A stretch of DNA of 63,986 bases, filler included, from Octopus bimaculoides (lineage: Eukaryota): the NCBI RefSeq assembly GCF_001194135.2. It is 6 parts of 5 records of this genome, joined end to end, with 100 filler letters (N's around TTAATTAATTAA, not from the genome) between each part and the next. Parts side by side here need not be neighbours in the genome. Positions count along the whole stretch, not along the records: positions 28,103 to 53,848 come from NC_068991.1; positions 53,949 to 62,819 come from NC_069004.1; positions 62,920 to 63,986 come from NW_026360339.1; 3 more parts are not named here. One strand, 5' to 3'. The first letter of the stretch is position 1, and each line of letters opens with the position of its first letter. Under the pieces are notes generated by a model. It saw only the letters and a program-made list of their open reading frames with translations, was not told where the DNA came from and searched no databases. Below are positions 52,600-63,986 of the stretch, in pieces. The translations under genes were made by a program, and so were the position numbers.

Positions 52600-53075
52600 T
52601 GTCCATGGCCAACCATCCCCTCCATTCTCCCTCCTATACCTCTCTTCACACAATAAGTCCCTGTAAATCCCTTCCCCACAATATATCCTCCTAATGTCCC
52701 CTCCCTCTACAAGCACACACTCATTACATCCTGCCCCCTCCAGCTCCCATTCTCTTTTTACAATGTTGCGAACTCACCTACCCATTCACCTTTTTCACTC
52801 CCTGGTTCACTTCACTATGTGTACTGCCTTGTGACTTGGGTGTACAGGGGCTCCCTGTCACATCTGCACCATCTTCTCTCCTTTTCTGTCCCTCAGTACT
52901 ACTCCCCACCAGTTGAGCAGTCTTGTCTTGCAAGTTACTTGGTGACCTTACTGGTGCTGATGCCACATAAAAAGCACCCAATACTCTCTGGTATCAGGAA
53001 GGGCATCAAGCCATAGAAACCATGCCAAAACTAATAGCAGAGTTTAGTGCAGTCTTCTGACTTGCCAGATGATGA
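52600..53075 (+). mobile_element. Diverged family D retroposon with pyrimidine-rich upstream part
   Basis: gccacataaaaagcaccc..aggaagggcatcaagccatagaaacc and a short GAT tail. Confidence 0.55.
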
Positions 53076-53559
53076 TGAGGATTTGTGTGACGTAAGTGCA
53101 AGTGACAGCACATTCCTCCTATAAATAATTAGAATATAAAAAAAATAACTGGAAGATAAGTCAGAGTGTCTATATTTTTATCACAACACAAATAATACTT
53201 CCTAGTTACAAACAAACAACAAAAAAACACTCCTTGTTTGTTGAAAGTAAAACTGGAGTTAATAGTGGAAAGTTCAAACCCAGCAATAATGACATCATTA
53301 ACACAGAAGCAGCAATCTCATGATAACTACCCTGTTCATATAAAATAGTAGTAATGAGTATCACCAATAGCTTCATATAAAACCATACCATCCAACAGAT
53401 GAGATCATGGAGGTCTAGAAATGTCAATGAACTTAGGAAAGCTGATACTCAAAACAAACTGTAAAGAATTAAAACAAAAAAGAAAAAAATTTTTAATAAA
53501 AAAAATATACAACTCATTTGTATTCTTAATATATTTAAATGAAAGTGTTTTATTACATA

Positions 53560-53949
53560 CATGTGTATCTTTGTCTTCCACCACCTCTTGACAACTGGTT
53601 TTGGTTTTTTATGTCCTCATAATTTAGTGCTTCAGCAAATGTGATCAATAGAATAAGTACCAAGTTTTAAAAAATAAGTAATGGGGTTGATTTGTTTGGC
53701 TAAAATTCTTCAAGGTGTTGCCCCAGCATGACCTCAACCAAATGACTGAAACAAATAAAATACACACACACTTATGTGATAGATAGGTAGATAGATAGAT
53801 ATAGATGTATGTGTATATATAATAAATATATATATATATATATATATANNNNNNNNNNNNNNNNNNNNNNNNNNNNNNNNNNNNNNNNNNNNTTAATTAA
53901 TTAANNNNNNNNNNNNNNNNNNNNNNNNNNNNNNNNNNNNNNNNNNNNA

Positions 53950-53994
<45 letters not shown>

Positions 53995-54190
53995 AGGATG
54001 GGGCGCTTTGTGTCTGTGTTTGTCCCCCACCACCACTTGACAACCGGTGTTGGTGTGTTTCCGTCCCCGTAATCTACCGTTCAGCAAAAGAGTCCGATAC
54101 AATAAGTACCAGTCTTTAAAATATATAAGTACTGGTTTCGATTCGTTTGACTAGAAATTCTTCAAGACTGAACTAAGTAAAAGATAAGAT
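53560..54190 (+). mobile_element. Two SINE family A 3' modules either side of a gap (53560-53762; 54005-54190)
   Basis: cttgacaac.ggt.ttggt..aataagtacc module; left copy CpG-eroded, right copy CpG-intact. Confidence 0.8.
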
Positions 54191-54600
54191 AAAATTATGA
54201 AAAATAATTAATTCATTTATTTGTATCATATCTGTGTATCTGTCTGCATAAACACGTGAGTAAATAAATGAAATGAATCCATTGTTTCTTTCGGCAGTGA
54301 GTTGTAAGCCCGTAGTTTGATCAACCTAATTAATTAATTGAATAGTAATAATGATTTAGGTGGCAGGATGTTGTTCCAAAGGCACGTTGGCCCTTAATGT
54401 AACCCTTTGTGGAAAACATTAGATTGAGAATGTGACAACACTGGCGGCCCTTGGAATTACAGGTACAATCCCTGTAAGGGTTTTCACACAGTTTCTATCA
54501 ACCGAGCTTCTGTCAATCAAGTACTGGGTCGTTCCGGATGGAATCGAACTTGGGTCACCATGATTACGAAATGGAATTCTTAAACGCACCTTCTGCGTCC

Positions 54601-54695
<95 letters not shown>

Positions 54696-55123
54696 CCTTC
54701 CCGGTGTTGACTGCCGGAGAAAAAATGAGTACACACACTTTTTCGCCCGTCAGTCCACAAGTATCATAATCATGTCCATCGTATAAACAAAAACACTTGG
54801 AGTGTTGTTATATGAAATGACACACATGTATGTATATAGTAGATCTACCACTGCCTAGAGCCCTCATATTTAACATTTTTTCTTTGTTTATCTCTATATA
54901 TGTATGACTGTTTATCTGTCTTTCTGTAATTGCTTACATATGTGGATCTATCTATCTATCTATCTATCTATCAGTGTGTGTGTGTGCGTGTGTGTCTGTG
55001 TTTGCTTTAATGTTCAGTTATAATAAAATCAATTTCACATTGATCTGGTGGATTACTCTATACTTTTGTTGATTGTTACTCCGCAGTTTCGGTCTGATAA
55101 GTCATAGCCTGACTGTTGTGTGT

Positions 55124-55171
<48 letters not shown>

Positions 55172-55555
55172 AAGAGAGAGAGAGAGAAATTAGAACAAAC
55201 AGTAAAAGGTTGTCATTATAGTATTCGGATGGTGTTTCGAATGCCGGAGCGAAGACCTGCGAAAAGTCTTGTTCATTTGTTGTTACATTTTATTATTATT
55301 ATTATGCTGTTTTTTTTTTCTTCTTTCTTCAAATCTTCTTCCATTTCTCGCCGAGTGTTTTCCGTACACCTAGGGCAGAGAAACTCGTTGTATGCATTCC
55401 CAGTTTACACACGCAAATTCACAGGTAAAACATGTATTTAAAAAAAAAAATTCATGAATGGATGTTGTTTTCACAGCGATAATGCTCTTTTCAGTACATG
55501 AGTCGTTCCAGTTAGCACGATTTTTTGCACTTCACGATTTTTTGCACTTACACGA

Positions 55556-55618
<63 letters not shown>

Positions 55619-55630
55619 CATTATTATTAT

Positions 55631-55890
55631 ATCGTGGCACTCCGTCGGTTATGACGAGGGTTCCAGTTGAACCGATCAACGGAACAGCCTGCTATTGAAA
55701 TTAACGCGCAAGTAGCTGAGCACTCCACGTCCTGTAACTTAGAGGTTCGGTAAAAGAGACCGATAGAATAAGTACCCGGCTTTAAAAAACATAAATACTA
55801 AAGTCAACTCATTCGTCTAAAATACTTCAAGGCGGTGCCCCAGCATGACAGCAGTCTAATGACTGAAACCAGTAAAGTATAAAAGATAAA
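55631..55890. mobile_element. Chimeric SINE: family C tail joined to a family A 3' module
   Basis: tcgtggcactccgtcgg..ctgagcactccacg switches at about 55730 to tcctgtaacttagaggttcgg..gactgaaac. Confidence 0.7.
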
Positions 55891-56144
55891 AGGTCTATGT
55901 AGCGAAAGGAAAAGGAATACAGGCGAATACTTTATAAGCACTGTAGGTATTAAACCCGGCTAACTAAGTTATCCAGGGCATGCCACAATAATCCACGCAC
56001 AGGCACCACACATACATACATACATACATACATACATACATACATACATACATACATACATACATACATACACACACACATACACACATACACACATACA
56101 TACATACATACATACATACATACATACATACATACATACATACA

Positions 56145-56446
56145 CAATGTTAACATCAGTGAAAAAGAGAACACCTATGCTGAACTATTGAGAAATCTGC
56201 AGTTACTCTATCCAGATTACAAGTTCAGGCTTATACCTGTAATTATTGGGGGCCTTGGATATGTAACACACTGCCTAAATACAAATCTTGAGAAATTAGG
56301 CTTCTCAAAACCAGAAAGGAGAAAGCTGATTCAAAGACTACAGATCCAATCCATCACTGGAACTGTAAAAATCTGTAAAATTTTCCAGAAGTTTATCATT
56401 TAAATATATATGAGCATGTCTAGATATGTAACTCTATGCATGAGAA
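56145..56446 (+). mobile_element. 5'-truncated RLE-type LINE 3' end inserted in (TACA)n
   Basis: VNISEKENTYAELLRNLQLLYPDYKFRLIPVIIGGLGY..TGTVKICK resembles the C-terminus of R4-like RLE LINEs; (TACA)n on both sides. Confidence 0.8.
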
Positions 56447-56480
<34 letters not shown>

Positions 56481-56544
56481 CATACATACGTACGTACGTA
56501 CGTACATACATACATACATACATACATACATACATACATACATA

Positions 56545-57055
56545 AAATAAAAACATCGATTCGGTGCAAACTAAAGTCAGGGAACTAAAGTCATGCACTG
56601 TTGTACAGGTCAGCTTGCCCAGCGGATGTAAATGTACAATCCAAAGTCCAGAAGAAAAGAGAACAATAATGGTGATTTAATGCGGAACTTACAACTCCTG
56701 TATCCTAACTATAAATTCTCAACTGTACCTATCATCATAGGTGCATTGGGTTATGCACACAAATTTCCAGAAAAACTTAGAAATACTCGGTTTCGTGGAG
56801 AATGGGTAAAATAAACTGACGTGGTTTCTCCAAGTCCAATCTAATAGTGGCACAGTGAAATTTGTAAGGCATTCCAAAAATTCTCTATGTGAGATTCTTA
56901 GACACAGGCAATTGGGTGCATCGGCAGTTCAACCAATACACTAACTCAACCTAATATTTACGAATACCGGAAACTTTCCAAGCTGAAAAAGTCTTGTTGC
57001 TTTGTTAGCGACCGGCTTGAACTCTCTTAAGAAATTAAACTCAAAGAAAAATCAT
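56545..57055 (+). mobile_element. Older copy of the same RLE-type LINE 3' end
   Basis: KENNNGDLMRNLQLLYPNYKFSTVPIIIGALGY, homologous to 56145-56446; flanked by TACA-type repeats. Confidence 0.75.
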
Positions 57056-57338
57056 ACAGACATACATACAAGCATGCAGGCAGGCATACATATGTACGTA
57101 CGTACATGCATGCATGCATACATACATATATGCCTGCATACAAACATACACACATATACACACACAGATGCATACATACACATACATATATATATATACA
57201 TGCAAGCATACATACAAACATACATGCATAAACACATACACATACATACATACATGCACACACATACATACATACATACATACATACATACATACATACA
57301 TACATACGTACGTACGTACGTACATACATACATACATA

Positions 57339-58578
57339 TTGGGCAATCCTATAAACAATGTGGTTTTTTCAATTATATGAACTAAAAATCGGAGGGGGAC
57401 CGACTAATTTACCTGCATCAACTTGCTATAAAAGCAGGTAGTAATTTTACCTTGTGCTCACTCTTACTGCGAGTTTTGAAAAGTGCCGTTCGATTTTAAC
57501 AGTTATTTTAACAGTTGAGTTCAATAAAGCAACAACGCAATGGAAAGTGCAAGGGATATTAATGCAGTATATGGGGATCGGACAATAAGCATAAGCCAGT
57601 GTCAATGATGGTTCCAGAAATTCCGAGCCAGAAACTACAACCTAGAAGACGAGTCTCGCCCTGGAAGATCTGTAGAGCTCGACGAGGACGTCCTGCAAAC
57701 CCTTGCGGAACAAAATTTCATCGTAACTGTTGAGGAACTAGCAGAAAAGCTTGGATTTAGTCATTCAACCATTCATCAACACTTGCGTGCCATCGGAAAT
57801 GTCAGCAAATTGGATCAATGGGTTCCTCAGAAAATTTCCGAGTCTAATCGTGCGCAGAGAGTGAATGTGTACTCTTCTTTGCTGTCACGTCTCACAAATG
57901 AAGCTTTTTTTGACCGAATAGTGACTGGTGTCGAGAAATGGGTTCTCTATAAAAATGTCAAGCGTCGAAGACAGTGAGTAGCGAAAGGAGAAACACCGAC
58001 ACCCCAGGCTAAAGAAGGTCTTCACTCACATATGGTGTTGCTATCTATCTGGTCGGATATGAAGGGTTTAGTCGACTTTGAACTTTTAAACTCAAACCAA
58101 ACGATGACAAAGGAGATCAACTGCGAGCAGTTTGGGCGACTTAAGTCAGCGCTAGAAGAAAAACGACCATCTTTGGTTTGAAAATGAAAATTATTCTTCC
58201 ATCAGGATAATGCTCAGCCACATACAGCGAAGATGACATTCCAAAGGCTGGAGCAGTTTGAATGGGAAACGATGCCCCACCCACCATATTCGCTGGACAT
58301 TGCCCTATCTGATTATCATTTATTCTTCAGTCTTCAAAATCATTTGGACGGAAAAAATATGAATTCGTAGACGAGGTCAGAACAGTACTGGAGGAGTATT
58401 TTTCGTCACGGATAAGTGAATTTTGGAAGAGGGAACTTGCAAGTGCACCAGATAGATGGAAGAGCATTGTAGAAAATGAAGGAGAGTATATTTTAGATTA
58501 AAAAAGAACTTTGTTTTTCTTAATACTTAAAAATAAAAATAAAAATTTAAAAGCCGTATTATTTATAGGATGACCCAA
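57339..58578 (+). mobile_element. Full-length decayed mariner (DD34D) transposon
   Basis: About 28-bp TIRs (ttgggcaatcctataaacaat / attatttataggatgacccaa) and TA on both sides; 1240 bp. Transposase remnants WFQKFR, WVPQKI, FFDRIVTGVEKWVLY, HQDNAQPH, HPPYSLDIALSDYHLF with stops and frameshifts. Confidence 0.95.
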
Positions 58579-59279
58579 TACATACATACATACATACATA
58601 CATACATACACGCACATACATACATACACACACATACATACATACATGCTTGAATACATACATACATACATACATACATACATACATACATACATACATA
58701 CATACATACATACATACATACATACGTACATTCGTATGTACGTTCAAACGTACATACATGAGTACGGGGCTATGTTAGAAATCCATTTTAAACAAATCCT
58801 CTCTTCAACGTTTTCCTCATAGCCTGTTCGTTTATTTACGTGACCTTTTCGCTTTACTCCGTATTATTGTTTACGTGTAAAATTGTTTGTCTTTCGTTGA
58901 TTTACCTTTAATGCAACGCTTTTCACTCTCTAGGTGACAGTGTAAATCTGAAAGAGTTACGAAGACCAGTTATTTTGCTTTTGAAATATTTCATAAAATA
59001 AAATATAAAATTTGTATGAATATATGATACAATAAACCACAGAAATTAATGATACAATACCCAAACATTTACCTGGAAAATTGAAGAATATCTCTCTGAA
59101 AAAATGTGAACTGTTACGCGTGCCTCATTTTTGGAATTTTTTTTTTGTTGTTTTTCGTTCGTTTTTGTTTCTGTTTTGACATTCGAAAAACATAGGTGGC
59201 AAAAGATTATTGATTTTCCATATTGGGTCGCAATGGTAATTTTACGTTGAGCTAAAATCTCCCTTGGTTTTACTAAAGA

Positions 59280-59911
59280 ATCATGCATACCATTATATGA
59301 TGTCCTAGACTTGCCCAAAACCATTTCAAGTTGTGGCGACACGACCAGGTAGCGAAAGTGCTACATTGGAAGTGTGCGAAAAGTGGAAGCTAGAGATGGG
59401 TAAGACGTGGTATGAGCACAAACCGCAGAGAGTGGCAGAGTCGGAGACTAGCAAAATCCTCTGGGAGTTCCCAATCCATACAGATCAGATGCTAGAGCAT
59501 AACAGACCGGACCGAGTGGTGGTGGAAAAGGTGCACCACATATGCTATACAGTTGATGTTACATGGCCCTTTGACCCACAAATAGTCAATAAGGGAGACG
59601 AAAAGATAGGTATATAGATGGATACAACCCTCTTAAGTACGAAATAGCCCGGATATGGAACATGAAGTAAGTGAAGATAGTACCAATTCTTGTTGGGTAC
59701 TTGGGAAGGTATCAAGAGGAATATAAAGGAAATTGGGATAGAGTACCCAGTAGAACTGCTACAAAAGGTTTGCCTCCTTGGCGCGGCCAGAATAATCAGG
59801 AAAGTATTAGCTGCAAAGAACGAATAGCATTGTACCATAGGCTACAGATAGTAAGCCCACTACGCATTCAAGACTCGCGAAGCTCCAGCAAAACCTGTGA
59901 TAAAGAGATGG
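59280..59911 (+). mobile_element. 5'-truncated R4/Dong-type LINE (zinc-knuckle end, RLE domain and 3' UTR)
   Basis: H..C..RHDQVAKVLHW, ILWEFPIHTDQMLEHNRPDRVVVEK..VDVTWPFD..EK, YEIARIW..KIVPILVGYLG; ends in TAATAATAA. Confidence 0.88.
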
Positions 59912-59921
59912 TAATAATAAT

Positions 59922-60572
59922 AAATGCTCTAATGCAGTACCAGGCACTGGCTGTCATGGCTTTTGATCTTAACTGATTGGAAGTGTTATCATGTACATTG
60001 TTTTGTCTTGATATAAAAGATGGGCAACAGCAAATATTCTGCTCAATACCACAGATTTGCTTGTCAGTTGTTTGACTTTAACCAGTTGAGCAAGTCCCTT
60101 AGTGGCTGATGATATGTGCATCTAATGATTGCAGGGGAGCGTCATAGCCATGTGTTGAGAGGAATTCTTTGGGGTTTGAATAATTCACCCCCTGGACGCG
60201 TGAGTGTTTTTTTACATCATCCTTAAAACAAACTTTATTCAGGGACCTTTTGAGTTGGATGGGCTACTCGATCTGAAGAAAATTCTAACTGGGCCCTACC
60301 TGCAAGGTGATGCATTGTTTACCTTGGTATGATATTACCATGTCGCGCACATATGGTTGTGATGCCTGGTGTACCCTTATCAGACGGGTAGTCATGATGT
60401 GTATATTGGATTTCGTATATTTGTACCCCAGTGTCACTTTCATGGCATGTTGCGCACATATAGCTGTGATGCTTGGGGTACCCTTATCAGACGGGTAGTC
60501 ATAATGGGTATATTGGGCTTCGTATGTTCGTACCTCAGTATCACGTTGATGGCATGCTCTACTCTCTGACTC
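59922..60572 (+). mobile_element. Family E element with internal 107-bp tandem duplication
   Basis: Homologous to 11084-11632; duplicated units start at 60339 and 60446; ends ctctctgactc(AAT)n. Confidence 0.8.
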
Positions 60573-60659
<87 letters not shown>

Positions 60660-60690
60660 AAGAAGAAGAAGAAGAAGAAGAAGAAGAAGA

Positions 60691-60768
60691 AGAAGACTAC
60701 ACCGGGGACGTTTAACAGAAGACTACACCGGGGACGTGTAACAGAAGACTACACCGGGGACGTTTAAC
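60691..60768 (+). repeat. Three 26-bp tandem units at the 5' end of the Dong-type LINE
   Basis: agaagactacaccggggacg(t/g)taac-type unit x3, one substitution. Confidence 0.95.
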
Positions 60769-62819
60769 ATGTGAGAACGATAAATCACTGCTCCGAAATT
60801 TATCCAAAAACATCGGAAATAAAGACATCGCATGGAGCCAAAAAATAGCTGACAAAGGGTTGGACTATATCCGAGTAAGTAATACTCATTGAAATTTATT
60901 TCTATTTTTCCAAATATAATGATGTATTTTAACTAGATATCATCCGCACAGCGAACGTAAACACACGTGTTACATCAACACCAGCCCATCTCCGAACCCA
61001 AACACCATGAACAAAAAAATTACAAACAGATTAAATAATACCGGTATTATTCCACCCAAGAATAACAACCGAGAAGTGCGTACTGTAAGCTTGTTACGCA
61101 TAAAGTACGAAGATCTGAACGTGCAAAACAATCTGACAACAGAAATAAACGGACCGATACCCTACGAAAACGACGACCGTCAAAATAAAGGGCCGGACGT
61201 TGTTCCTCATGTCTCGCAAACAAAACAAAAACGGCATAAATGGACACGTAAGGAATACATTTCGATCCTACACGCCTATTTTACAGCAGTGCTCTACCCA
61301 AAAAACGAAAGCGCAACAACGCATACATATAAAATATGGAAGAAAAATAATCTAAATAAAGACCTCGATAAAACATTGAACCCTAACAAACTAGCTAACA
61401 TAAGAAGATACATTGTCAAATCAAAAAAAATATCAGAAATAGAAATAGAACAATTGAAAGGAAAAATACATCAGGAAAATCTAGATAGTAGTCACACAAT
61501 AATGCCAAATAATAACATAAACACTGAGATAGTAAAACACGAGGACAAACGTAACATCTCCGGCAAAAACGAAGTAAACAAAAAACAACAAACCCAGACC
61601 GTAGAGATGTATAATAATGCNNNNNNNNNNCAACAAACCCAGACCGTAGAGATGTATAATAATGCAAAAAAAGCACCAATCCAGAACACCACAGACAATC
61701 ATATGAATGAAAAGGAAGGCAAAACAAATCTAAAACCTGGGAACAACTAAGGGAAACCTAATAATTACGATACTATGAAAATGTGAATAATCAAAGAACT
61801 GAAAACCACAGATCTTAGAATGGACCACAGATTATATCTCCCAAAAATCAAAATAGACAATAAAACATCAATAATAAATAGCTTAAACCTGGCCGTCACG
61901 GAACTAACAGCCACAGAAACAACTGGCAATATCACTGAGCTCAATGACATAATATATGCGGCAGCCACTGCAGCCACAAAAGAAGCAGGATACTCACTCA
62001 AACCCATCCGAACAGGAGTTCTACCATCCAAACAGACCTTGTGGATAAATAATATCCAAAACAAAATTTTTAAAAAAGAGAAAAGATTTATCGATTCTCA
62101 ACGAAATTAGTAGACAATCAACACAACTAAGTAACAAGATGAAAACAAAAATACTGTACAAATACAACATTACAGAAAAAGACTTACCTGAGGCAAAAGA
62201 AAAGCTAAAGCAAGATATCCTCGCCAAAGCACAAACGATTCGCCGGTATGAGAAACGCCAACGTTTCTTTGAACAAAACAAACAGTTCAAATCCAACCCC
62301 AAAAAACTACCAAGAACTGGGTAAAAAAATAGACATTACTGCAGCACCAACAGCAGAAGAACTGGAAGAATTCTGGAAACAAATATGGTCGGTGAAGCAA
62401 CAACCCCAGAAAAGGACCATTAAAACAACGAACTTAGCACCTGAGCAACTCTGGACCCCTATAACAACTGAAGAAGTCATCCAGACACTGCAAAGACTAA
62501 GCAACTGGAAGGCACCTAACAAACTAGCTAACATAAGATCCCCAACTTCTGGTTAAAACACCTGACAGGAATGCACAAAAAGCTGGCAGAAAACTTTAAC
62601 AACATACTAGCAGAGCCAGAGACAATGCCTGAATGGCTCACGAAAGGGAAAACCATCTTAATTCCCAAATCCACGGAAACGGAGAAACCACAAAACTACA
62701 GACCTATAACCTGTCTCCCTACGATCTACAAAGCCTTTACTGCAATAATATCGTAGAGATTGAGTAAGCACCTGGAAAATAACAACCTGTTTCCAGAAGA
62801 GCAGAAGGGATGCTGCAAG
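60691..62819 (+). mobile_element. R4/Dong-type non-LTR retrotransposon, 5' two thirds, cut by assembly gap
   Basis: ORF 61007-61750 with KWTRKEYISILHAYF..NKLANIRRYI; later RRYEKRQRFFEQNKQF, WKAP, PEWLTKGKTILIPK, NYRPITCLPTIYK, EEQKGCC. Follows an (AAT)n(AAG)n array. Confidence 0.92.
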
Positions 62820-63481
62820 NNNNNNNNNNNNNNNNNNNNNNNNNNNNNNNNNNNNNNNNNNNNTTAATTAATTAANNNNNNNNNNNNNNNNNNNNNNNNN
62901 NNNNNNNNNNNNNNNNNNNGTATATATATACTTCGAATTCAGACGATAAAAATGAATTACTTCATGTTCTCTCGAAAGTTCTAAATTTTTATGATATAAA
63001 CAACATGTAATTCTTGCTGTTAAGACTGAATACTGGAATTTGTGCTTGTTATAATTGAACTAGATGTATCGCTCGGTATGTAGAATAAATTATTCTTTTT
63101 TATGATTAAATATATAAAGCTGCGTATAAATAAGGTTTCTGAAAGAGAGAAATTCGAGGTGTTGCTTTATTAACAAAACTTCAGTGATATTCAAAGAAGA
63201 GGCGAGTTTGAGTCCCATGGGGAACTGAGACCCTTTCTATACAAAGGGGCAAAGGGTTTTTATTCGAATATGTGTATGATTTTGTTTGTTTAACTTTACT
63301 TCGATTTGAACCGTTAAAAACGAATAATAATTTTTCTTTCTCTCATTACAGGTAGTGGCATGGAAGAAAAAGAAAATATTTGAAATCGGCGCTAATGTGT
63401 GAAACTGTAATTGCTTTTACCAAACTTTCGACATTTTGAAACCAAAGCCATTCTGGAGGATAACATTGACAAATCTTTAAC

Positions 63482-63907
63482 ATGGTCCAGTTATTTTACT
63501 ATGAAAGCAGGGGCAAATGTTGCCGGAAAGTGTTCAGTTATGAGGGCTATCCGACGAAAGTCCTACTTTACCCATATGAAGGGTGGGCACAACCCGCTAT
63601 GATCTCTTATTGGTTGCTGAAGACTTACTGGTGGAGTAGAACGCGGTGCAAGATAGTGGAGGTGACAGGCACCAAAAAGATGGCCACCAGAGGTAAAATG
63701 ATCGACAAGGGAAACGGCGTTATGTGGATAACTGGCAAATTTAAAGAGACTATCAATCCAGACTTTAAAATGGCTTTAACAACAAATGTGAGCAACTCAG
63801 ATTTCCAGCTTGGTTACAGTGTCACGGGAACGCTAGAAAGGGGAGATAAACGAAAAGGAGAGTTCCAGTTAACTCACTACGCAATGGTGAAAAGAAAGGG
63901 ATATTGA
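63482..63907 (+). CDS. Uncharacterised 141-aa protein, single coding exon
   Basis: Intact ATG-to-TGA ORF in non-repetitive sequence, GC-richer than its flanks, with complex amino-acid composition and alternating beta-strand-like patterns. Preceded by a strong acceptor (tttttctttctctcattacag, ends 63351). No family recognised. Confidence 0.65.
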   Translation: MVQLFYYESRGKCCRKVFSYEGYPTKVLLYPYEGWAQPAMISYWLLKTYWWSRTRCKIVEVTGTKKMATRGKMIDKGNGVMWITGKFKETINPDFKMALTTNVSNSDFQLGYSVTGTLERGDKRKGEFQLTHYAMVKRKGY

Positions 63908-63986
63908 CGGACATCAAATTAACAAAATATACTGGGGTGGTGTATTATACACACATAAACACACATGCACACACCCATACATGCAT

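Larger units (their letters stand above)
56010..58760. repeat. (TACA)n microsatellite field interrupted by LINE fragments and a mariner
   Basis: TACA arrays at about 56010-56144, 56447-56544, 57055-57337 and 58579-58760. Confidence 0.9.

Noticed and set aside
60691-60768. CRISPR-like short repeats
   Set aside because: Units are directly adjacent with no spacers, the context is eukaryotic, and there are no cas genes.
60875-60936. GTAAGT...CTAG mini-intron in the Dong-type 5' UTR
   Set aside because: Splicing does not extend the ORF, and a sense intron is unlikely to survive retrotransposition; probably chance.
61587-61665. 35-bp direct repeat around a 10-N gap (similar case at 15340-15440)
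   Set aside because: Typical overlap artefact at negative-size gaps.

Overview
AT-rich, microsatellite- and transposon-dense eukaryotic scaffold with many N gaps. The SINE families and repeat landscape point to an octopus genome; this is inferred from recognised repeat sequences, not from a search. Only three host coding segments are well supported. (1) A minus-strand exon of a MARK/PAR-1 kinase (41841-41996: [24 protein letters not shown]). (2) A plus-strand exon of a RAD51 paralog, best matching XRCC3 (46958-47080: Walker A GESACGKT). (3) An unidentified intact 141-aa ORF (63482-63907) behind a strong splice acceptor. The rest is mostly TE debris: R4/Dong-type RLE LINEs stacked in (TAA)n or (TACA)n microsatellites, a decayed Penelope-like element with a hammerhead-like relic, an RTE LINE tail, a full-length decayed mariner plus fragments and MITEs, Helitrons with helicase remnants, a solo LTR and at least four SINE-like families. 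Most long ORFs in the supplied track are artefacts of N runs or microsatellites. The TTAATTAATTAA words inside gaps are assembly linkers. I found no clearly demonstrable novel system. The best leads are the MARK/XRCC3 opposite-strand arrangement, the orphan 141-aa gene, the Penelope/hammerhead relics and the microsatellite-targeting element families. All cross-gap inferences depend on correct scaffolding.
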